Below, one piece after another: positions 1 through 12,340 of a stretch of DNA of 64,000 bases. The stretch comes from Isurus oxyrinchus (lineage: Eukaryota). The notes beneath the pieces are model-generated. The model had not been told where the DNA came from. It made no database searches and saw nothing but the letters and a program-made list of their open reading frames with translations. Location of the stretch: NCBI GenBank assembly GCA_026770705.1, contig JANJGN010000036.1, forward strand, positions 806,001-870,000. Direction: 5' to 3'. The translations under genes were made by a program, and so were the position numbers. Each line of letters begins with the position of its first letter. Positions within the stretch are counted from its first letter, which is position 1.

Positions 1-259
1 ACTGCAAGATAACACTGTTTACATGCCCTTTAACACTGTCACAATAGATGAAAACATAGATAGGTTTTTAACTGAATATGTAAATATTGAGATTGATAAG
101 TTTTTGTTGGGTGAAGGGTATTATGTATTAGGGAACGAAGGCAAGGAGTTTAGGTTAAGATACAGATCTGTAAAGAACTTATTGGAAGGCAGAATATGCT
201 TGAAGGACTGAATGGCCTGATGATGGCGTGGCTCACGATAATTGTGTTTTCTCTTACAG

Positions 260-304
260 ACTCCTTTTTCTTGATTGGTGTTTAATGCGGATCCCGCAGT
301 CTGA
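260..304 (+). pseudogene. Terminal cytoplasmic exon of an upstream type-A paralogue (A0), degenerate
   Basis: ttacag|ACT CCT TTT TCT TGA TTG GTG TTT AAT GCG GAT CCC GCA GTC TGA aligns codon for codon with A1 THYARLAFKDDPRL* and with A2 cyt2, but has an internal stop and Tyr>Phe. Confidence 0.7.
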
Positions 305-724
305 TTTCAAACAATATTGGGAGCTTAAGTTCTGCTTCCGGGCTATGATACGTAGTGCAAAGTTTCCTCTGTTATGTTCTTTTTGGAAGAAAGCCTGGAG
401 GTGTGACCATTTCCAAGAGACAGCCATCACCAAAATTCTATTCCCGGCTTAATTCATGTTTGTTAATAATAATGAGCAAAGCAGCCCGCTGATTCATCAC
501 CTAGTGTGGAGTCTTCAAGTCTGACACAGCAGACTCCATTTCAAGTCCTATTTGACTCCAGGGAATTTTAGCGTTCTGTTCAGTTTCGATGTCTTTTTGC
601 TTTCTTGTGGTAATGTTTTTAAATTCATTGTGGATCTTGGCACACCGCGTGAGCAGGAAAGGGCGAATCAGTGTCCAAATTAGCAATCCATTAAACACGG
701 TTTGAAACCCTAGCATTGAATTTG

Positions 725-2563
725 AATGCTGTTTCATGCTCTCGTCTGCACCTGGAAAATTTTATTAATTTTGCTTCAAATTTTCTCCCCTCCATCATTT
801 TCACATGGACTATCTCTGAAACTTCCCTTCCCTTCCTTGACCTCTCTTTCTCAGTTTCTGGTGATCAACTGTGCACCAATATCCATTACAAGCCTACCGA
901 CTCCCACAGCTACCTTGACCACAGCTCCACACACCCCACTTCCTGTAAGGACTCCATCCCATTCTCTCAGTTCCTTGGCCTCCGTCACATCTGTTCTGAT
1001 GATGCCACTTCCTCTAACATGTCCTCCTTCTTCCTTAACCAAGGTTTTCCACCCATGGTCGTTGACAGGGCTCTCAACCGTGTCCGGCCCATCTCCCATG
1101 CTTCCACCTTCACACCTTGTTTTCCCTCCCAGAAACATGATAGGGTCCCGCTTGTCCTCACTTATCACCCCACCAGCCTCCGCATTCAAAGGTTCATCCT
1201 CCATCATTTTCGCTAACTCCAGCATGATGACACCACCAAACATAACTTCCCTTCAGCCCCCGTAGCATTCCGTAGGGATCGCTCCCTCCGGGACACCCTG
1301 GTCCACGCCTCCATCACCCCCTACTCCTCAACCCCATCCTGTGGCACCACCCCATGCCCACGCAAAAGATGCAACACCTGCCCCTTCACTTCCTCTCTCC
1401 TCACCGTCCAAGGACCCAAACATTCCTTTCAAGTGAAGCAGCATTTCACTTGCATTTCCCCCAACTTAGTCTACTGCATTCGTTGCTCCCAATGTGGTCT
1501 CCTCTACATTGGAGAGACCAAACGTAAACTGGGCGACCGCTTTGCAAAACACCTGCGGTCTGTCCACAAGAATGACCCAAAGCTCCCTGTCGCTTGCCAT
1601 TTTAACACTCCACCCTGCTCTCTTGCCCACATGTCTGTCCTTGGCTTGCTGCATTGTTCCAGTGAAGCCCAACGCAAACTGGAGGAACAACACCTCATCT
1701 TCCGTCTAGGCACTTTACAGACTTCTGGACTGAATATTGAATTCAACAACTTTAGGTCGTGAGCTCCCTCCCCCATCCCCACCCCCTTTCTGTTTCCCAC
1801 TTTCTTTTTTTCCAATAAATTATAAAGATTTTCCTTTTCCCACCAATTTCCATTATTAAAAAAAACACCCGCTCTAGAGCTATACCTTGAGTGCCCTACC
1901 ATCCATTCTTAATTAGCACATTTGTTTAGATAATATCACCAACTTCAACTTTAACACCTATGTGTTCTATTGTACTATTGTCGTTGACATCTTTTGATGA
2001 TCTGCTTCTATCACTGCTTGTTTGCCCCTACAACCACACCCCCCATCTCTCTCTCTCTCTCTATCTCTCCGCCCCCCAACACACACACCTTAAACCAGCT
2101 TATATTTCAACTCTTTCTTGGACTCGAACTCAAGTTCTGTCAAAGAGTCATGAGGACTCGAAACATCAACTCCTTTCTTCTCCGCCGATGCTGCCAGACC
2201 TGCTGAGTTTTTCCAGGTAATTCTGTTTTTATCTGTACCTTGCTTGTCCTGTTTTCTATCTTTAATTAGCACATTTCTTTAAGTAATATCACCACTTTCA
2301 ACACCTCTTTGTCCTTTTGTCTGTGACATCGTTTAGTTGCCTCCACCTATCACTGGCCCGCTATCCAGCTCTCTTTTCCCAAACCCCCCACCCTTAAGCA
2401 GTTTATGTTTCACCCCTTTATTTTTCCTTAGTTCTGTTGAAGAGTCATGCGGACTTGAAACATTAACCGTGTGCCCTTCCACAGATGCTGCCAGACCTGC
2501 TGAGTCTTTCAGGTATTTTTGTTTTTGTTTTAGGTTTCAGCATCCACAGTTTTTTGCTTTTAT
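725..2563 (+). mobile_element. Penelope-like retroelement, 5'-truncated (RT C-terminus, GIY-YIG endonuclease, two 3' pseudo-LTR units) with an 11-bp TSD
   Basis: LPFLDL..YKPTDSHSYLD (716-1216) and NLVYCIRCSQCGLLYIGET..HFN..GLNIEF (1433-1762). TSD cattgaatttg at 714-724 and 2564-2574; the paralogous site at 62811 is empty. Confidence 0.9.
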
Positions 2564-5500
2564 CATTGAATTTGGGAGTTCATGCTGTTTGATCCCTTAG
2601 TGCTGATGTGCTCAGTGAATCTACAATGGCAGGTTACAGGACACATTTCTAGACTGGATGTGTGCGGTTTAAATGTGGGAACCATTCTACAAGAATGACG
2701 CCAGAACTGAGAGGTCATGATATCATTGACGATTGAACAGGCTGTGCCTCTTTTTTCCACAAAAGAGAAGACTAGGGGGTGACCTGCTAGCGTTGAGGCT
2801 GAGAGGGAATTTTTCTATTTGCAGGTAGAGCTAACGAAAAGACTATGAACACTAGATATGCACAAATAATTCTAATCGGTAATTCAGGAATTCTCCCAGG
2901 AGAACGAAAGAATGCAGAACTCGCAACCACAGGTGGAGGTAAATAGCTGAAATACTGTTTTCCAGTGGGAAGCTGGATAAATAAAACATGAATTAAGCAA
3001 TAGGAGGATATGTTGATGGGTTGTTGAGGCTGTGGGAGGAGGATCGTGTGGAGTAGAGACACCAGCAGAGAGAAGAGCATCTGAATGGTCTGTTTCTGCT
3101 CTAAAAATAATTTTGAATTTTAGAAAGTAGAAAACATGAGAAGTGACTGAAATCTGTTTCCTCTGAAAGTTTGCATCAATAGCAGAATTTCTTCTTCGTG
3201 CTAAAATAAAAGGTTAACGTTAAGCAGAATTGAAAATACATTTCATCGAGGTGATCTTAGATGTTTGCGTCACGCCTTCAATATTATAATCATTAAAAAT
3301 TAATGTTTGGGTCACTGCTTTTTAAGATACATGTTACAGCCTGAACAAATGTTATTCACTGAGCGAGCGAATTCCTAGAGGGATAAATGTCTCACTGGTC
3401 CTTTATTTTTCTGTTTTGAAAAAGTGGGGAAACTTTAACAATTCCGATATTAAAAGATTTATGAACAAGAAGAAAAAAAAACTTAATCACAAATGTTTAA
3501 AATTACACGGCTGAAGCTGTCTTACAATGTATTCCCCCGGAGAAAACCTCGCTCTTCATAATACACAATTAAACTATTTGGAAACAGGTCCCTTTTGGAG
3601 TTTTAACCATGAAACTCCAGTGACGTTACCCAAGGCAAATGCTGCTGCTGCTTTAGTACAGTGTCTGACACGACGTCACGCTCTCTCCCAGTCTGCTCTG
3701 GAAACCCGAAGGAAGTTCAGGAACAGACTCTTACTTGAAAGCAAAGACTTCCTTGTCTTGAATTCGGACGCCTGCTTCAAATTCGACATTTCTCTCAGCA
3801 CAGATCTGGTCTCAGGACATTTCCCCCACACAGCCACCTCAACTCAACGAAGCATTTCCCTTAATTATCAACTTCTCCCTTTTTTCCATGGGCTCCAATG
3901 TCTTAAGCACGCCTTTGATTTCCAATTTTCCAAACTAAAAAATCCTCCCTATTGCCTCCACTTCCGGGTCAAATAAAAATTAATAACCTCCCCTTGTTTA
4001 CTTATGAAATATTAGCAGCTGAAAAGACAATCTCTTTTCTAACAGCTAATTTAAAAAAAACATATTTATTTATAATCCCAACTCCACCTTAGGGTCTAAT
4101 TGCAAATGCATGCATTCAGCACCATTATATTTCATCTCTAAGTTCCCACAGACAATCTGTTTTCACTAACATTCCCTAGTTTAATTACCAATGGACACAC
4201 AGACACACGCACACACATCTTTCTTTATAGAATTCAACCATTTTCCAAAAATATGTAAAAACAACATACATCTTCCCGTACACAACTCCACCCATTGACC
4301 TTGTTTCCAGATCCCTTAATACATGTGCAAAACAAAATGCATTATAGACTAGCTTCAACAGCTTTCTGAGGGAGAGAGACCCGAATCCCACTTTTCCTTC
4401 CACAGTACCTCTTGCACCAAAAAACACTACACTCACGGTAAATGTCTGACATGTAGATTTAAAGTTGAACATAAACCAAAAGATACTGTGTAAATGTGAA
4501 ATTAATTCATCACAAGTGCCCTGAATCACTGCCCGTGTGCTCCTGGTTTGTTCGAATTCAGTAATTGATAGAACGCATCATATTTCAGAGAGAGAAACCC
4601 ACAACTAACAGCATCTCAATCCAGAGCAGATATTGCCGGCTCAGCAGAAATTACAGCTTTATCCAGATGTCATTTAATTATCATTTAATTATCAATCAAT
4701 ACAAAACACTGGTGCATCGTCATAATCGAGGAATAATTTATTTTATTTACATACAGATATTTGCCAAGAAGTTAACACCCTGTCAGTGACTGGAGTTACA
4801 GAATCAGCAGAAAAAGTCCAGAGAAACTCCGTTGTCTCTGCTCAATGTTTGTTTCATACATGAGTTACACGATAATAGTGGAATATCCTTAACAATACTC
4901 AAAACAATTGAGAAATTTAGCAAAACGAGTCAGTCTTTTTGAACTCTAGCGGGTGCACTGGGAAAGATAACTGTTTCGTGGGACTCCCATTGGTTCCATG
5001 TTTATTTCCACCAGGCTGTGGGTTGTTGGGCAAATCCTGTCGCCTCCATAACTCATCTGCGACCCGCCTTCTTTTTTGATCTTTTATCCAATGCAGCCAT
5101 GTCGAGGAAGGCGTGGAGAGGTCCGCATTGTACTGGGAGACATATTAAACATTAACAGCGAAAATTAGTCAAAAAATAGATAAGGTTACCCACTCCTGCA
5201 ACCGCGTTTCATAGAACCATAGAATGATAGAGCAAAGCAAGAGATAATTCCGCCCACTGTTCCTGTGCCAGTCTTTGAAAGAGCTGTGTAAATCGCCCTA
5301 CTGTCCCCTTTTCTGTCCCCATATCGCTGGCCTTATTTTCCACTTCCACTTTTTTCTAATTCCTTCTTGACTGTCCCTATTAAATCTGCTTCCTTTGCTC
5401 CCTAGATCAATTTGCAGGGATTTTTTGCTTTATTTGTATGTGTAAGAATTGTTTGAACTGATGTTTTGTAACAGCAGCAAAATTAGGAAAGCAACTGGAA

Positions 5501-5729
5501 CAGCCCAAAGTTTAATCAGAAAACTGAGATGATGTGTCTATCAATGTGAATGAATTCCTTTGTTGTTAATTGGCCAATCCTATTATTGTGCTTCGCAATA
5601 TGCCATCTACACAATTGAGCAGAGTCCACAGAATTCATCACATTCAGATGAATGACACAAAAACCATCAAAAGACTTGTGTTCGTACAGCACCTGTCGTG
5701 AACTGAAGAAGCCCCAGACCATTTACATC

Positions 5730-6060
5730 CACTTCTTTGAAGTGTACTCTCTGTTCTAAATGTAACACGGTAGTGAAGTTACACACAGCAAGTTTCCATA
5801 AACAGCAAATGATTAATGACGTAGATAATTTAGTTTTAAGGTGCAGGTTAAGAGATAAAATATGAAATGGGTTAGCAGAGAGAACCCCGCACACCTCTCA
5901 TTCCCCAACATGCCACCACTACTCTTCTTGCACTAATGGCGGTACCATCTTTTATGCCGAGCTGAGAGGGCTCACAGTGCCTTGGTTTAACTATTCAAAT
6001 GAAACCCGCACCTCAGACAGTGCAGCACTCGGACTGAAGGTTCATCTTTGACTTTCTGCT
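5730..6060 (-). mobile_element. DeuSINE-like SINE; other copies at 15120-15280 plus 18860-19060 (split by the Penelope pair) and 54750-55010 (+)
   Basis: Shared blocks ccttggtttaac..gcacctcagacagtgcagcactc and gcacacagcaag..ccataaacagcaa; the plus copy has ggggccaacacttatcc..aaagctgccgcgtttcctacat. Confidence 0.55.
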
Positions 6061-7739
6061 CAAGTCTCCGGACACGGGCAACACACACACGTGCACAAAC
6101 ACATATACACATAATTTCTGCCCAAAGTGATTCCTTCTTCGTCCACTTACAACAGATACACATTTTGATTTATCTAGAAAATTCCCCAGGGTTTGGCCTT
6201 ACCCTCATTCTAAGTCCATTCGCTAATGCATTTACTAAATCGATTGGGTGGGAGGAGGGACAAAGGTGGGAAACGAGGGAAGGGGATTAGACTTGCTGTG
6301 GAAATAGAAAGAAAATAGCAGAACTCTAAAATTTAAACTGCTGCAAACCCGTCGTTAAAGGGGACGGAGATATTTTACCTGGAAAATTACCCTACAATTT
6401 CTATTATCAGATGGGGAGAGGGACTGGGAGATATTTTTTGATTCCAGTTAGATGGAGGAGTGTTTTTTTTATACAAATTCAGATGCTCTAGAACTGCTGT
6501 CTGATAAACACGTGAAATATAACGTTTGAAGCCTTGCACCCTATCCCCAACAAACACGTTTTTGTATGTTACTACAACATTAAAAGAAAAACTCACCTGT
6601 TTTTCATCCCGATGTGGCCACTTTCTCTCTGTTTGATCGTGGTCATCTGTGTTATTAATGGCTGTGATATGAATTGAAATGTTATCCGAGTCTGGCTGTT
6701 CCATAATTATTACAGATGCACCGTTCGCCAATGATGCGCCAATGTATCCATGACCTCAATGCGTTGATGGGCCCTATTTGTTACCAGGCCACCAATCCAC
6801 TCAAGGTCCCCCAGCACCCGAAGAGTCCCTCAATGCTTCAGTGGAGTGAAAATCGCCAATGGATGTACAAGCAATATCTACCCACCGTGCCTGGCGTCTG
6901 TTGTCCATCAGGTGTACCATTGCCACTATTAGTGACCAGTAATTGGCATTTTATATGGGACCCAGAGACAACAGAGTGATTGTGAACATTTTGATTGTGG
7001 CAAATACTCTTATGCATCTTTCGAATTCCACTCACTTGAGATTTCATCTGTGCCAGCATTTCAGTGCAACTTACCCGTTTGTGGCTCATTCGGCCCCTCT
7101 CTTTGCCTTCAATCTCTCAAGGTGCAGCTGGATCAGATCAAACATATTAAACACATATTATCTTTTGCAAATCCTGATGGAGGTGACAGTAATAGCTGAG
7201 AAGTGAATTGCCGAGTGGACGTATCATCAATCTTAAAAGCTCATAGAAAATGTTAGCATATACCATTGTAATCAGAGTTGGGGCTGAACTGGGTTAGACC
7301 CAAATATAGAGAGGGATTTCGGGATGAACTTTTGAGATGGTTCAGTTCCTCACATTTCATTGTGAGATTTCTTGCCTCGTTCTCCTGAAAGCAGAAAGTA
7401 AATTAGCAATTTAAAACTGCGAGAAGGAAATTAGGTAGACAAACAAGTATTAAAATATCCCTCATAAATATTAATCCTCACCTGATCTGCCGCTTTTGTG
7501 AATCCAAATGGAAATGAGGAGCAAGAGTAGAACGAGTATCACCAGGACAGTTATGATAACAGAAAGGGCCAGATTGCACCATCCGAGAGAGACAAAACAC
7601 TTAGAAACTGCTGTTTGGTCAAATCATCCTTTTCTGGGAATCTCTGATGGGAAACGTGACCCAAAAGGCAGCCCAGAAGCAGTGCATTAGGGCAATCTTG
7701 CCCGCACATGTTCTTTGAAAGGGGCATCTAATTAATCCT

Positions 7740-8150
7740 ATTCTCCCCGCTGTTCCCTCATATCCCTTTAAATGTCTTTCTATCAGTTATTTATCCAAAT
7801 CCCCCTTTGAAAGTTCCTTTTGAATCTGCTTCCACCACCCTTTCAGGCAGCGCCATCCATTTCATAACTCGCTGCATTAAAATTATTTCTCCTCATCTCC
7901 CCCTCTGGCTATTTTGCTGATTATCTTCAATCTGTGTCCCTTTGGTTACCAACCCTGCTTCCAGTGGAAACAGTTTCTCCTATTTGCTCTGTTGAAACCC
8001 ATCATAAGTTTTGAACACCTCGATTAAATCTCCCACTTTAACCTTCTCTCAGCAAAGGAGAAGAATCCCAGATTCAATATCATCTCCGCATTAACTGAAG
8101 TCCCTCAGCCCTGGTCACATTCTGGCAGTCGTCCTCTATACCTTCCACAG
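7740..8150 (-). mobile_element. CR1 3'-end fragment / CR1-tailed SINE, lying where the B1 C1 exon would be expected
   Basis: tgaatctgcttccaccaccctttcaggcagcg..tttggttaccaaccctgcttccagtggaaacagtttctcc; a plus-strand counterpart lies at 45740-46110. Confidence 0.65.
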
Positions 8151-8639
8151 GCCATTCTTGGCTATTTCCTGCTTGTAAAGCGCACCCAGTGTGGAACTGA
8201 TCTCAATTCCATTCCAAGATCTATTGCCTCAGAATGGAGGTGGAAGGAGACAATGAGTTTCAGATTAGAAAAGACATTCTAACCTGAAGAGGAAAAAGTG
8301 AATGTGTTGTGGGGAAAGCATTGATCCAGTGGGATAACTCTGGCAAAGTGAAAGCACAGGCACGCTTTCCTCTTTCCATGTCCATCATTCTAGGATTCTA
8401 CTATGTGACGGAGAAATATAAGACAAGTCTACGAATTGTTTACAAGGACAAGTCTACAACTGGTTCAAACGTAAAGTGCCTACAGCTACTAAGAAGCCAA
8501 TCAAGTTCTCCAACTTGATCTAAATTAGAATGAAAGACTCTGTTGAACAGATCACCAGCTCACCTCTCTCCATCTCTGCTGTTTTGGGGAACGGTATGCT
8601 CTTTGTCCAGTATTGGCCTGGAGAACCCAGTTGAACAAT

Positions 8640-9720
8640 ACAAGTACAGATAATGCTGTGCACGATCTGAATTCATTTCACCAGCTCTTTTATCTCCAAC
8701 CAGTAGTGTGGTTCCATTCTGGAGCGTTGCATAGCTAGCCCTATGAGCACAGCAGTAGGAACCCAAGTGATTCATCTGGACATTGCGAATTTCCAGTATC
8801 AATTGAAGTTTGTTGTTGCCTTTTTTGGAAATAAATTTACAATCGGCCCCCTGACAGGACTGCCTGTAGATTACTATCGGGGCTTCACCCACACGTTGTT
8901 TGCACTAGAAATAGATGGACAGAAATGTCACTTCGTAAGTGCATTGACAGGTTAATTCCACAGTTTTCCCGACTTAAATTGTCATTATGAACGGGTTCTG
9001 AGACGGAGAGGGCTCGGATTCTGTAACTGGAGAGATTATGATTACATTACCATTGGCTAATGAGAGATAGGAAGCATCCCCTTTGAATGACGTCGCGTGT
9101 AATACAATTACAGTCAGATCATTATCGTCAATTATGATTGGCTAGGTCAATTCTCCAATTTTTTTTACTTACTTGAGAAGAAGAACCAATAAATAAACTT
9201 ACATAATCATGTGAAATCCCTTCAACTAATCATCGGGTCATATTTTCAGCTTAGTAAATATTAATTCTGGCAGATTCCAGTTTAAAAGCCTCACCCGTCT
9301 CTTACTCACTATAAACCCGCAGCACCAGGAAAATAATCATCAGGGAAAACGATTTCTCGGACATCTTGACGCGGTGAGTTCTCCGTGTTTTCGCTCTCAC
9401 CAGTTTGTTTCTGCAGGCGGAGTGGCCGCAGACTGACCTGCGCTCTTTCCCAGTGAGTTGCTGCCCTTTCAGATGCGTTGGAAAATATGACAAGAGATGC
9501 TATGGAAAGGATGACACCATTTTAGGAGCGGCTTCCTGTTGAATGCCACATGCGTTTGGCATGCTGCGGTCAACGTCTGTTGCGTCACAGTGGTCAACTG
9601 GCAATATGTCTATAAAGAACCTTACTGGGTTGTCGTTCGGGAGGGGTGGCAGAATAATCATTGTATCGATAAATGCTGAATTTTGCATTTAAAGTTAATT
9701 CAAGATTAACCATCCCCAAT
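8640..9720 (+). repeat. Segmental duplication of the type-B 5' region (V, leader, promoter): 8640-9720 is paralogous to 42560-43570
   Basis: tgcgaatttccagtatcaattga..gttgccttttttggaaataaa..acaatcggccc, gacaggaagca and atgacaccat..ttagg.gcggct are shared. Confidence 0.9.
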
Positions 9721-12039
9721 TGCCATTGAGAATGTCTCGGTGAGCCAATTTTAAAAACGACTTTCAGGCCGCTCCTCAGTCTTGTCTTTAGAAAAAAGAG
9801 ACCTAGCCTGCTCAGTCATTTCTGTTAGTTTAACCTTTCAGCTCTGTTATCAGCCTTGTAAATCTTTTTTGCAACCTCTCTCGTCTCTCGATATTCTTTT
9901 TATAAAATAGAGTCCAGAAATGTACACTTTGTTCAGGCGTTGGCTGAACAAGGTTGTATGGCCCAATATGACTCCTTTGCTATTCACTTATATTCCTCAG
10001 CAAATATGTCCCGGTGCTGATTTACATTTTTCCAGTTAAGATCGCAGGCACTTGCACCAAAAGGAACTTGCTTTAGAATTATTCAGAGAGTGAATGAATC
10101 ATCCGTTTGATCCCCGTCAGAAACAGACCAGATCCAAGGCCAAGATAAAGGCGAAATACTGCGGTCACTGGAAATCTGAAATAAATGCAGAAAAGGCTGG
10201 AAGAACTCAGCAGATTTGCCAGCTTCTGTGCAGAGAGAGAAACTGAGAAACTTGACACATCCAGTTGGGCTTTTCCAGCATTTTCTATTTCTAGAGATGC
10301 TGCCAGAACCGATACGTTTACCCAGCGTTTAATATTTTTATTTCGGTGCCCGAAGCCTCTCTTTATCGGGTTTGTATTTCGATCCTGAGCGGAGATCACA
10401 CTCCCGCACTCTGCTGTTGAGCGAGCGACTTCCCTGTAAATAACACGGGCAGAAGAGGGTCACATAACTCAGCGGTGATCGAGGGGAGTCTTTGGGGCGT
10501 TTTACTTTTAACGGGAAGCAGACTATGTTTGTTCCGTTGTTTTGCATTCCCTGCTCCGAAACATTCCACTTAGAAGCGTTTCTCCACTGGGGAATAACAG
10601 CAGACATGATTTATAATAAAACACCACAATGTGGCCGCGATTATAAACCCTTGATACGTAACGAGATTTTTCCCAGTCTGCATTCTGTAAGTATCCTCGG
10701 GAATAAAGATTTCCGATCTGCGCCATTCCCAGCGGAATATCCCAGGTTTCCCTAAAGAGCCGCGTGAGGGTTTAATTGAAAACAATTCTCAGGGGGAGTT
10801 CGGCAGTTGCCGGGCAGAGAGCGTCTCCGGGAATCCATAATGAGAAAATCCTTCAAGGGAGTGAAACTGAGGACAGTGGGTGAAAAGCTAATACGAATCT
10901 GATAAAACCGCACACTTCCCTTTGTCTTTTGTTCAAAGTCAGAGTTTTCTAATTTATTTGTATTCGCTCATGGGATTTGAGCGTCGCAAACTGGACCAGC
11001 ATTTATTGCCCTCCATTACTGCCCCTTGGGATGGTGGTGAGTCACTTCCTTCAACACCAGAAGGCCATGTGCTGTCGATGCACACAAAGTGCTGTTAGGG
11101 AACGAGTTCCAGGAATTTTGACCCGGAGACTTTGAAGGATCGGGGATATATTTCCAAGTCAGGATAATATTTGTCTTGAGGGGTGGTGCCCACATGTCCC
11201 CTCTGCCCTTGTCCTTCTAGACGGAGACAGGCTTGTCTCCGCTGTCTCTGCTGTCTCTGTATAGATAGTGCAAACTTTAATCTCTCTGAATCTCTGAGGA
11301 AGCGAGTGCATCATTTGAGAATACTATAGGGGGTCAGTTTTATTTTTAAATACCAGGCATCGAAGATAAAAGTGACTCGGTGTCAGGTCGATAAGGGCAC
11401 TGTAAATGAGTTGAATGTACACCAGCCTGTTCTCTGTTCAGTTGAATCTAACCTAGACGGCAAAGCCTCTTCTGTCTGCGGTTTAACATTGAGTCCAATG
11501 CAAGCGGTTCTGTACATGACGAACCTCAACTGTAAAAACAGGACAGCCACAGAGAGCTTCTGGATGGAAAATAATTTTTCATCTGAAGCAAAAACCGGTC
11601 ACAATCTCGGCCAGCGATTTACGTCAACCGATGTGGTTTGCAAAGCCCCCGAATGGGCTGTGAGCGAAGCGTCTTTCTGATACTCGCAGCAAACAGCCGC
11701 GGTCACAACCAAGGCGCCTCTTTTCTGCCCAGCCTCGCTCTCTGCTGCAAGGTTCACTGACTCGCTTCTTTGTAATTCAAGATCAAGCATTTCTGCAGAA
11801 CAGTTCAGGTGCTCAGTAAGGCGCAACACTGTCTGCTCATTTCTGAACACATTCTGACAGCACTTCATTCCATCACGTTAGTCACATCGAGATGAATGTA
11901 TCTCGCTCTTCTCTCCCAACTTCCGTTCCTCAGCATTCTCCTGAAGATTCGCTGACATGGGTTCCCGCGGAGCCTTGCAGGTAATTTGCAGCACGGATTT
12001 GCTGCTTTGACTTTATAATTGGCTCAGGTTTCCCATGAG

Positions 12040-12340
12040 AGAATCCCATAAAAGAATGAATTGATCCAGCAGCAGTTTCTAAGTAATTTTTCTCGGTTGG
12101 GAAGGGGCATTTTGATCCTTTGCTACAACCGCCACAATTTCCGGGGTCTACTCTTCATCCTCATTCGGATTTGGATTAAGTAAAGCGGTTGGTCAGGTGA
12201 GAATTGATGTTTAACAGCGACATCTCAGCGGTGGTTAATATGCATCTTTCTATAATATTAATTGGAGTTTCTTGTTTCAGATAACTGAGTGAATTTCACC
12301 CACAAAGAAAAGCGAGGAGCTGAATCATTTTTTTAAAGTT
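12040..12340 (+). pseudogene. Inverted remnant of type-B TM exon and first tail exon (B3)
   Basis: cagcagtttctaag..TCTACTCTTCATCCTCATTCGGATTTGGATT..AAGCGG..TCAG|gtgag (to 12196) and gtttcag|..CACAAAGAAAAGCGAGGAGCTGAATCAT match the reverse complement of B1 7330-7645. Confidence 0.7.

Larger units (their letters stand above)
1..3720 (+). repeat. Segmental duplication: 1-3720 (minus the Penelope insert) is paralogous to 62105-64000
   Basis: Collinear matches, e.g. aaagcctggaggtgtgaccatttccaaga, aagtagaaaacatgagaagtgactgaaa and ttacccaaggcaa..gctttagtacagt. Confidence 0.92.
5053..9364 (-). pseudogene. Type-B V(J)-TM-cytoplasmic IgSF receptor pseudogene (B1); no C1 exon found
   Basis: Leader 9364-9310 (MSEKSFSLMIIFLVLRVY|gtgag). 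V exon 9020-8694 (VELTC..YF*CKQ..SCQGADC..LEIRNV..GSYCCA..LQNGTTLLVG) has in-frame stops at 8974-76 and 8905-07 and a GT>AT donor. TM exon 7607-7482 (SKCFVSLGWCNLALSVIITVLVILVLLLLLISIWIHKSGRS). Small tail exons lie near 7384, 7124-7072 and 6662-6598. Last exon 5132-5053 (GPLHAFLDMAALDKRSKKKAGRR*). Confidence 0.8.

Noticed and set aside
228-452. 74-aa ORF at the window start as a protein
   Set aside because: The frame homologous to A1 is a different one; this ORF is mostly 3'UTR and is interrupted in the paralogue.
8560-8892. ORF 8560-8892 as an intact soluble V protein
   Set aside because: It begins after two in-frame stops within the V exon and lacks the first Cys and the Trp.
9586-9625. 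CACAGTG heptamer upstream of B1
   Set aside because: No nonamer at 12 or 23 nt spacing, and it is not adjacent to a V or J coding end.
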